Virus record (IMG/VR): IMGVR_UViG_3300032173_000006
Span: 27,629-59,628 of that record
DNA: 32,000 nucleotides
Reading direction: 5' to 3' (one strand)
Origin: a virus
The notes beneath the pieces were generated by a model that made no database searches, was not told where the DNA came from, and was given only the letters and a program-made list of their open reading frames with translations. Shown piece after piece: positions 17,802-24,365 of this stretch; position 1 is the stretch's first letter; each line of letters begins with the position of its first letter. The position numbers were made by a program, and so were the translations under genes.

Positions 17802-18326
17802 GTGACTCAGGCCGTCACACAGGAGGGGTTCGTTACCGGGCCGATGCAGCTCGACGACCCTCTCATCACTCAGCTAGCGGCGTACACCCGCAGGTTCATG
17901 CGGGACTATCCGGAGCTGAATCGTCTCACAGCGGGGTACGACCACAGTCCACGTCATTTGAAGTGGGCTGTGGTCGACACACTGAGCGACTGGATGGCCA
18001 CACCGCCCTTCATCGGGCAGAACCTCCAGATGATCGTCGAGCGAGGGTTCGTGAGCGTCTTCTGCAGAGGAGTCGCCATCACGGCCCTCGAGTCTCTCGG
18101 CATCCTGCATCTGCGCAACCACATCTCCTACTCTGATGGTGGTGTGAACGTGCAGACGGAGAACCCACAGCTCATTGCCTCCTGGCTTGAGATGATGAAG
18201 GCCGAGTACGAGAGGAAGAAGGAGCGCATCCTCATCGCGATGAACATCGAGAACCTGCTCGGCCCGAATGTCGGTGGTGTGCACTCCGAGCTCTACTTCA
18301 TCAACGCCTTCTTCGGGTACCTGTAG
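17802..18326 (+). CDS. hypothetical virion protein (possible head-tail adaptor)
   Basis: 174 aa in the neck region of the operon. GTG start; the alternative ATG 14 codons downstream is less well placed relative to the AGGAGG. The function guess is positional only. Confidence 0.55.
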   Translation: MTQAVTQEGFVTGPMQLDDPLITQLAAYTRRFMRDYPELNRLTAGYDHSPRHLKWAVVDTLSDWMATPPFIGQNLQMIVERGFVSVFCRGVAITALESLGILHLRNHISYSDGGVNVQTENPQLIASWLEMMKAEYERKKERILIAMNIENLLGPNVGGVHSELYFINAFFGYL

Positions 18327-18335
18327 GAGCCAAGC

Positions 18336-18464
18336 ATGAACCTCAACGTATTCAACGACGCAGGAGCTCTGGCAGCGTATGTGACTGCTCAGAGCATTGC
18401 TCAGAGCAAGATCGTCGCGATCAAACAGCGTGCCGGGAAGTGGTACCTCTTCTGGTACACCTGA
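18336..18464 (+). CDS. small ORF (42 aa, MNLNVFNDAGALAAYVTAQSIAQSKIVAIKQRAGKWYLFWYT)
   Basis: AGGAG (18325-18329) lies 6 nt upstream of the ATG. The ORF fills the gap between two genes. Its stop lies just before the GAGGAG SD of the next gene. It is below the 60-aa cutoff of the ORF track. Confidence 0.4.
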   Translation: MNLNVFNDAGALAAYVTAQSIAQSKIVAIKQRAGKWYLFWYT

Positions 18465-18477
18465 GAGGAGCCGTAAG

Positions 18478-20430
18478 ATGAAGGGCTATCTCAAACTTGC
18501 TGGTATCGGAGAGCTTGAGCTCGATGGGCTCAGGAAGCTCGCACCTCTGCTCGACGACGTCGGTATGGTTGCCGTACGAGCGTTCTCCCCAGGTCCCAAG
18601 CCTATGCCCCAGGGAAAGAAGAAGGTGAGCTCAGAGAGCCTCGCCGGCGGCAACGGTGACTACCGACCCGACTCGGACTTCAGCCAGAAGCAAGTTGCCA
18701 AGGGTGAAGAGATCGAGATGGAGCACACGAACACTCCTGACCTGGCGCGTGAAATTGCCCGCGACCACCTCAGCGAGATCCCTGACTACTACACTCGCCT
18801 CGAAGCCATGGAGGAAGGTGCCAAGGAAGATGGCCAGTTCCATGAAGTCGAGAAGAAGATCCAGAAGGCCGAGCAGTCGGCAGCCGAGAAGGTTGCCTTT
18901 GGCTTCGGGCCAGAAGTTCAGGTCCCTGCTGAGCTCTTGAGCACTGTGGGTGGCCTCTATGCTGGTCACGGCATGGGCAAGTCCCTAGCTGGAGAGACAG
19001 CCGCTGCTGTTGCTCCTCACGGCAAGATGCTGCGCACTGAAGAGAAGGCCCGGAGGGCAGCGACCTTTGCAGCTCCGATCGCTGGCTTGGCAGCACTGGC
19101 CCTGGCCCGGAAGTACGGGCTTGCCGGCAAGGCAGCAGACTACTTGGCGAAGAAGGCCCCAGGCGGCCTCATCGCAAATCCACAGCTCGAGCAGGAAGCA
19201 GTCCGCATGGCAACGCCGTTCGTTGCCGGATTGGGCGGCTCAGCGCTCGGAGGGCTCGGTACGGGTGCAGCGTTGGGCGCAGCGGCTCATCTCACCCCGA
19301 GTCGAGGAGGCTCCGTGAAGAAGGAAGCAGGAATCACCCCAGAGCAGTACAGGGAAGTCATCTCTCGACCAGAGCACCAACCAGGCATGGTTGAGCGACA
19401 CGCCTACCACACAGGCCTCGGCGCCGGTGGCATCGCAGGAGCCCTGGGTGGCTCCGCTCTTGCTCGTAAGGCTGGACTGGGACTAAAGGGTCAGCTTCTG
19501 ACAGGCGCTTTGACCGGCATCGGTGGAAGCCTGACTGCGGGCTCATTGGGGGCCAGTGCAGAATCAGCGAAGCGTTCGGGTCGATTGGACAGCGAGCGCA
19601 AGGCTTTCACGGCCATGGGGGCATTCAAACCCAGTGCTCCCGCAGTCAAGCAGGCCTCCCTCAACCAGGCGTTGGGCAGCCTTTACACGAAGTACGGCCC
19701 GCCCCTCCAGAAGCACGCGGCGGCCACGTTCTTCAACTACTCGGTCGACAAGGATCGGCTCGACCAGGAAGCCCTGGGTCGCCCGTTCTGCAAGATCGCT
19801 AGCGCCAGTGGGGTCGACCCGTGGGACATGGCCCTCATGGTCGTCAAGGGCTACCCCAGCGTCGAGAAGATGGCAGCCGCGAAGCGCTCCCAAGAGCAAG
19901 AGCTCGCGAGCTTCTACGTCTCCTGGGCCAACGACATGCTCAAGAAGGCCGGGCTCCTCGACAGTGGCATCAAGGCCGTGAGAGCCGTCAAGGCAGGCGT
20001 TGGAGCAGCCATCCCGAAGTCCTCGAAGACACTGGCGAATCAGGCTATCCACGCTGCGGAGACAGCGGGTGCAGCCATCCCCGGCCCTCGCCAGGGCGTC
20101 ATCCAGTCCGTGAAGGGCTCCTTGGCACACTCGAACACCCTCCAGCAGGCAGGTGGGGGCAGTATCCGCCGCGGCGAGCAGCTTGCGAAGGCTGACCCAG
20201 GTATCTTGCAAGCCACGCAGCACCCCGTCATGCACCCCGGCACGCCGCCGGCGGCTGCAGGTGGAGCTGCTCCAGCTCGGGCTGGGGTGAAGGTGAAAGC
20301 AACGAAGCCCTCTGAGCTCGGCAACTACTTGCGGGGCGCTGGGGTTCTTGGTGGTCTTGGACTTGGTGGCGCTGCCATGATGAGTGGTGGCGAAGAGCCT
20401 CAACAGGCGTATGGAGAGTACAATGCTTGA
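18478..20430 (+). CDS. 650-aa Gly/Ala-rich membrane-like protein with an EMEHT...DHL.E.PDYY domain
   Basis: GAGGAG SD 7 nt before the ATG at 18478. KGEEIEMEHTNTPDLAREIARDHLSEIPDYYTRLEAMEEG (about 18700-18830) matches a phage/bacterial domain I recall as DUF5661 (unverified). The remainder has many glycine-zipper-like segments (GLGGSALGGLGTGAALGAAA, GLGAGGIAGALGGSALA, LTGALTGIGGSLTAGSLGA). Confidence 0.75.
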   Translation: MKGYLKLAGIGELELDGLRKLAPLLDDVGMVAVRAFSPGPKPMPQGKKKVSSESLAGGNGDYRPDSDFSQKQVAKGEEIEMEHTNTPDLAREIARDHLSEIPDYYTRLEAMEEGAKEDGQFHEVEKKIQKAEQSAAEKVAFGFGPEVQVPAELLSTVGGLYAGHGMGKSLAGETAAAVAPHGKMLRTEEKARRAATFAAPIAGLAALALARKYGLAGKAADYLAKKAPGGLIANPQLEQEAVRMATPFVAGLGGSALGGLGTGAALGAAAHLTPSRGGSVKKEAGITPEQYREVISRPEHQPGMVERHAYHTGLGAGGIAGALGGSALARKAGLGLKGQLLTGALTGIGGSLTAGSLGASAESAKRSGRLDSERKAFTAMGAFKPSAPAVKQASLNQALGSLYTKYGPPLQKHAAATFFNYSVDKDRLDQEALGRPFCKIASASGVDPWDMALMVVKGYPSVEKMAAAKRSQEQELASFYVSWANDMLKKAGLLDSGIKAVRAVKAGVGAAIPKSSKTLANQAIHAAETAGAAIPGPRQGVIQSVKGSLAHSNTLQQAGGGSIRRGEQLAKADPGILQATQHPVMHPGTPPAAAGGAAPARAGVKVKATKPSELGNYLRGAGVLGGLGLGGAAMMSGGEEPQQAYGEYNA

Positions 20431-21910
20431 CAAGTACATCGAAGAGTTGGTGAAGACGTCCAGCGCCCGAGAGAAGCTCGACGAGCATCTGCAGGGATTG
20501 GCGAAGACTGCTGCGGCCAAGGCCGAGCTCGAGCACAAGCTCCAGCATGCCACTGTCGGTGAGCTCGCAAAGCTCGCCGGCGTCAAGCTGCCCGAGAATG
20601 CTTGCACCACTTGCGGCAACGCGATGGAGAAGCTGGGCAGTATCTTCCAGTGCTCGTGTGGCACGATGAAGAAGGTAGCAAAAGCCCCAGCCGCTAAGCC
20701 TCTCACCAAGCAGGCTGCCGCCAAGAAAATCATCAAGACTGCCACGGAGAAGTGCAGTATGGCCAAGACCGCCTCAGTCAAGGTTGCCTCCATGGCCGTG
20801 TTCACCAAGGCCCTGAACCAGGCCGGCGGCGATGCGGACAAAGCCCTGACGATGCTCGAGCAAGCTGGGTACACCAAGCTCGCCTTCAACCCGATGGCCG
20901 CGGCGAAGACCCTCGGCAGCAAGGTCATGGGCTCTGGAGTTGTTCAGGGTGCCAAGAACCTCGGCGCCAAGGCCATGGCCTCTCCCATGGGGCAGAAGGC
21001 CACCCAGCTCGGCGGCAAAGTCATGCAGTCTGCCCCGGTGCAAGCGGCGGGCAAGGCGCTCGTTGACACAGGCAGGACTGGGCAGATCGCTCGTACAGTC
21101 GGAATGGGGGGCTTGGGGGCAGCGACCGGGGCCATTACGGCCGGTGAGGGCAATCGCGGCAAGGGAGCCCTCTTGGGTGCTCTCGGCGGAACTGCCCTTG
21201 GTGCCGGCGCCGGCACTGTCGGCCTGATGAGAAACGTGGGTAAGGGCTCGATGAAGGCAGGGCTCAACACAGTCGGCCAAGCAATGGCAAGTGGCGGCAA
21301 GCCTGCTGCTCTCAAGGCGATGTCTCCTGGTATAGGCACTGCAGCGAAGTGGGGCATGGGTGGCGCAGCGGCAGGTGGGGCAGCTACCGGGGCCTTGATC
21401 CCGTCTCAGAAGACCGCAGCAGCAGAAATGCTGCTCAAGGTGGGGGACGCCGCGGGCCGCATCATGGCCAAGACGGCAGCTCCCGAGATCGACTCGGAAG
21501 ACATCGCGTCGGCCATCGAAGAGGCCAAGGAACGTGAGGACGTTCCAGGCCAGGCTCGTCGGTTTGGAATCGGAGGCGGGCTCCTGGGTGGCGCCGGCGG
21601 CGGTGCCCTTGGCTACGGAGCTGCTCGGCTCCTGGGTGCCCAGAACCCATGGCTCCGTGCAGGTGCCACAGGCCTTGGCGCGATCGCCGGCGGGCTCGGT
21701 GGTGGCATGCTGGGCTCCAGGGAAGGCGCTGAAGAGGCCCAGGCCAACAGGCTGGTCTCCTTCCTCCGTGGCCGTCGGGCCTACATGACAGGAGCCCAGA
21801 CGGGCATGCAGCAGGGCTACCTGCAAGGGCTCACCTCGGGTCAGGGCGAGGAAGAGGGCGAAGGCCGAGAAGGCTCCGGTTACGGCATCGGTGAAACGGG
21901 CCCTCAGTAG
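20423..21910 (+). CDS. 495-aa Gly/Ala-rich membrane-like protein with N-terminal CxxC...CxC zinc-ribbon-like motif
   Basis: GGAGAG SD before the ATG at 20423, overlapping the upstream stop by 8 nt. It contains CTTCGNAMEKLGSIFQCSCG, followed by long GxxxG-type stretches and a 3 x 16-aa tandem repeat. Confidence 0.75.
   Translation: MLDKYIEELVKTSSAREKLDEHLQGLAKTAAAKAELEHKLQHATVGELAKLAGVKLPENACTTCGNAMEKLGSIFQCSCGTMKKVAKAPAAKPLTKQAAAKKIIKTATEKCSMAKTASVKVASMAVFTKALNQAGGDADKALTMLEQAGYTKLAFNPMAAAKTLGSKVMGSGVVQGAKNLGAKAMASPMGQKATQLGGKVMQSAPVQAAGKALVDTGRTGQIARTVGMGGLGAATGAITAGEGNRGKGALLGALGGTALGAGAGTVGLMRNVGKGSMKAGLNTVGQAMASGGKPAALKAMSPGIGTAAKWGMGGAAAGGAATGALIPSQKTAAAEMLLKVGDAAGRIMAKTAAPEIDSEDIASAIEEAKEREDVPGQARRFGIGGGLLGGAGGGALGYGAARLLGAQNPWLRAGATGLGAIAGGLGGGMLGSREGAEEAQANRLVSFLRGRRAYMTGAQTGMQQGYLQGLTSGQGEEEGEGREGSGYGIGETGPQ
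20912..21055 (+). repeat. 3 x 48-nt in-frame tandem repeat (LG.K.M.S....Q.A..)
   Basis: Units are 20912-20959, 20960-21007 and 21008-21055. They begin ctcggcAGCaagGTCatgg, ctcggcGCCaagGCCatgg and ctcggcGGCaaaGTCatgc. They translate to LGSKVMGSGVVQGAKN, LGAKAMASPMGQKATQ and LGGKVMQSAPVQAAGK. Confidence 0.6.
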
Positions 21911-21912
21911 GG

Positions 21913-22329
21913 GTGCTGTCTAAGACGGGCGGGGTACTTGGTACCCTGGCCAGTGCCCTCAAAAGCCCAATCTCCATAGGCACCGGCGTCGGAGCTCTCG
22001 GTGGCGCCGGCGCGGGGTACTTCGCTTCGGACCCGGACGACCCGAATCGTCTCCGCAATGCCTTGGCCGGTGGAGTCATGGGCGCGGGAGTAGGGGGCCT
22101 CACCGGGGCTCTCGTACACAGCGGTGGTCAAGCTGAAGAGGAAGTAGCCTCCATGGTCGACAAGGGCTTCCAGCTCGGCGAAGAGCACGGTCATGCCCAA
22201 GGCCTCAAGGATGTGGCGTCCAACCCCGAGCTCGCCGTGAAGGTGCTCGAGCAAATGTCTCCTGACTCTAGGAAGCTCGTGATGAGGAGCTTCGACAAGG
22301 GCTGGCTGACGAGGATGTTCGGCGGATGA
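21913..22329 (+). CDS. small Gly-rich membrane-like protein (138 aa)
   Basis: GTG start 3 nt after the upstream stop. The N-terminal half is glycine-zipper-like (IGTGVGALGGAGAGYF, GGVMGAGVGGLTGALV). The stop overlaps the next ATG (ATGA). Confidence 0.55.
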   Translation: MLSKTGGVLGTLASALKSPISIGTGVGALGGAGAGYFASDPDDPNRLRNALAGGVMGAGVGGLTGALVHSGGQAEEEVASMVDKGFQLGEEHGHAQGLKDVASNPELAVKVLEQMSPDSRKLVMRSFDKGWLTRMFGG

Positions 22330-23207
22330 TCTCAATCACGAAGCTCGTGGTGAGGACGTACGACCTCGACCACCTCGACATCTTCTGGGAGATCCCGGAG
22401 ACCACCGAGGAGATCGAGCAGTACGACTTCTTCGTGCTTCGTAGCATCGACGGGGCGGCAGGCCCCTACGACATCATCGCTGGCCCCTTCTACAACACCT
22501 TCAACCTTCGCGATCCGGGAGTGAACCAGCTTCATCGCTGGCGCAACTACTACTACAAGATCCGGGTCATCCATCGGGCAACACAGAACACTCAAGAGTT
22601 TGGACCGGCGTGGCTACACGCAGAGCCGGACAGGTTGGGGCTGGAGTTTCAGAGACGCCAGAATCTACTGCTGCAAGAGTTCAATGGTCGTTTGGGGTTT
22701 CTCTACCCGGCTCTCACCTTCGGCCAGCGCTGTGGGAACTGTTGGGACATCGGTGAGAAGGGCAACAGCATCGGCCGAGCCACTCATCAGAACTGCCAGA
22801 GCTGCTTCGACACTACGTTCGTTGGAGGCTTTGCTTCCCCCATTGCGTTCTATGTCCAGTTCGACCCCGCTCCGAAGTCCGTCCAACGCACAGACTTCGA
22901 AGAGCACCAGTTTTCTGCCACCACCGCTCGCACCTCTGCCTTCCCGCCGGTCAAGGCCAAGGATATGATTGTAGAGGCAGAGAACAGACGATGGTTGGTG
23001 AACAAAGTGTCAGGCACTGAGAAACTACGCAGCACGATTCGTCAGGAGCTCGAGCTATGGGAGCTCGCTAAGGACGACATTAAGTTCAAGGTACCTGTGG
23101 ACTTTGATCTCATGGCACAGCATTCTCCTCGTCGTGCATTGACCAGACCTATGAGTCTGCAGGCCGAGCCGGGTGACTCCGTGAAAGACCTGTTGGAGGA
23201 ATTGTGA
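22326..23207 (+). CDS. virion structural protein with CxxC-x19-CxxC zinc-ribbon (neck/tail-proximal candidate)
   Basis: ATGA start-stop overlap with the upstream gene. It contains CGNCWDIGEKGNSIGRATHQNCQSCFDTTFVGG. 293 aa. It is located between the membrane-like proteins and the sheath-like gene. Confidence 0.7.
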   Translation: MISITKLVVRTYDLDHLDIFWEIPETTEEIEQYDFFVLRSIDGAAGPYDIIAGPFYNTFNLRDPGVNQLHRWRNYYYKIRVIHRATQNTQEFGPAWLHAEPDRLGLEFQRRQNLLLQEFNGRLGFLYPALTFGQRCGNCWDIGEKGNSIGRATHQNCQSCFDTTFVGGFASPIAFYVQFDPAPKSVQRTDFEEHQFSATTARTSAFPPVKAKDMIVEAENRRWLVNKVSGTEKLRSTIRQELELWELAKDDIKFKVPVDFDLMAQHSPRRALTRPMSLQAEPGDSVKDLLEEL

Positions 23208-23602
23208 GTCCGAGCTTCACAGCGTTCGCCAACGAACTCCTGCTCATCAAGCAGGCTGAGGCAGATGAGCCTCTCGGCGTACCCGAGCTGGCCAGTGCTG
23301 CCCCTGTGCAGGATGAGGAAGAAGGACGTCGTCCATTCAAGTCCCAGTTCCCCCCGATGGCCAAGGAGCGTTTCAAGAGCGCCCTCAAGTTCGGCCTCGG
23401 ACATGGTCTGGGTACTGGGGCAGGGTTCCTCGCCGGCGAGAAGCTCCTCCCCAAGATCCTCCCGAAGGCTTGGACTGAAGCCACACGGAGAAACGTAGGG
23501 TTCGCAACAGGTGGGTTGAGTGCGATCGGCGCACTTGCCCTTTGGGACGCTATGCGTCAGGCAGAGAGAGCGGAGACGAATGCCCTCAAGCGCAACAGTT
23601 AG
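23204..23602 (+). CDS. small protein (132 aa) beginning with the FANELLLIKQA box, C-terminal hydrophobic segments
   Basis: GGAGGA SD and GTGA overlap with the upstream stop. The N-terminus is MSPSFTAFANELLLIKQAE. Hydrophobic segments are GLGHGLGTGAGFLAG and GFATGGLSAIGALALW. Confidence 0.6.
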   Translation: MSPSFTAFANELLLIKQAEADEPLGVPELASAAPVQDEEEGRRPFKSQFPPMAKERFKSALKFGLGHGLGTGAGFLAGEKLLPKILPKAWTEATRRNVGFATGGLSAIGALALWDAMRQAERAETNALKRNS

Positions 23603-24362
23603 CGGCTTCGAGCGTGGGACGACATTGTCCCTTGCCGAAGATCCGATGCTGCAGCTCACGAGGGTCTTCGTGTACTTTCTGCAGAACCTCTTCCGTGATG
23701 CCCCTGAAGGTTGGGGGATGAAGTGGCGTCCCAACGAAGAGACCACTGAGTTACTCATCACAGCCGAGAAGCCTCGTCTCGAGGCAGTAGAGAAGAAACC
23801 ACATATAACATGTGTATTCGGCGAGGGTGAGTGGGCGGTTCTGGGCATCGACCAGCTCATGAATCAGAAGATGATGTCGAACGGGGAGAGAAAGCACAGC
23901 GATCTCTACTCCGCGACCATGTCGTTCCATTGTCAGTGCCGTGAAGGCATGCACGCCCGTAGATTGGCTTGGAACGCCTCCTACTTCACGAATGTCTATC
24001 GTCGCGTTCTCATCAAAGGTGGAGGTTTGCACCAGGTGGGGATGAAGCATCGCATCAGTGCCGAGTCGGGACCGACCGCGTACACGGGTCCGCTCTCTGA
24101 AGAAAAGATCGTGAGCGTTGTTGTAACAATCCCGTTCTATTGGCAACCGCAGTGGCTTATAAGGGACTCATCGTATGTTTTCAGGCAGATGTCTATGAAC
24201 TTGGGCGTATCACCACCAGCAAAACGCTTCAGCGCAGGAGATGCTGCGCAGATCAAGCAAGCGTCGATGTACGGTAAGCCGGTAGTGCCTGTTCAGACGA
24301 AGCCAGCAGACCCAGTCCTGAACCAAACGGTGAAGGACGCCAAGTTTGAAGGAGAGGAGTAA
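23580..24362 (+). CDS. hypothetical tail-proximal protein (260 aa; terminator/neck candidate by position)
   Basis: The ATG at 23580 has GGAG 9 nt upstream and overlaps the previous gene by 23 nt. The track start at 23520 would overlap by 83 nt. The gene lies immediately upstream of the sheath-like gene. Confidence 0.6.
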   Translation: MPSSATVSGFERGTTLSLAEDPMLQLTRVFVYFLQNLFRDAPEGWGMKWRPNEETTELLITAEKPRLEAVEKKPHITCVFGEGEWAVLGIDQLMNQKMMSNGERKHSDLYSATMSFHCQCREGMHARRLAWNASYFTNVYRRVLIKGGGLHQVGMKHRISAESGPTAYTGPLSEEKIVSVVVTIPFYWQPQWLIRDSSYVFRQMSMNLGVSPPAKRFSAGDAAQIKQASMYGKPVVPVQTKPADPVLNQTVKDAKFEGEE

Positions 24363-24365
24363 GTC

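Noticed and set aside
18397-18477. N-terminal extensions of track ORFs (18397 for the 650-aa protein, and likewise 16488, 11647, 20384, 23520, 7060, 30303)
   Set aside because: In each case an internal ATG has a strong AGGAG-type SD at correct spacing. The extension would overlap the upstream gene, a small ORF or a terminator.
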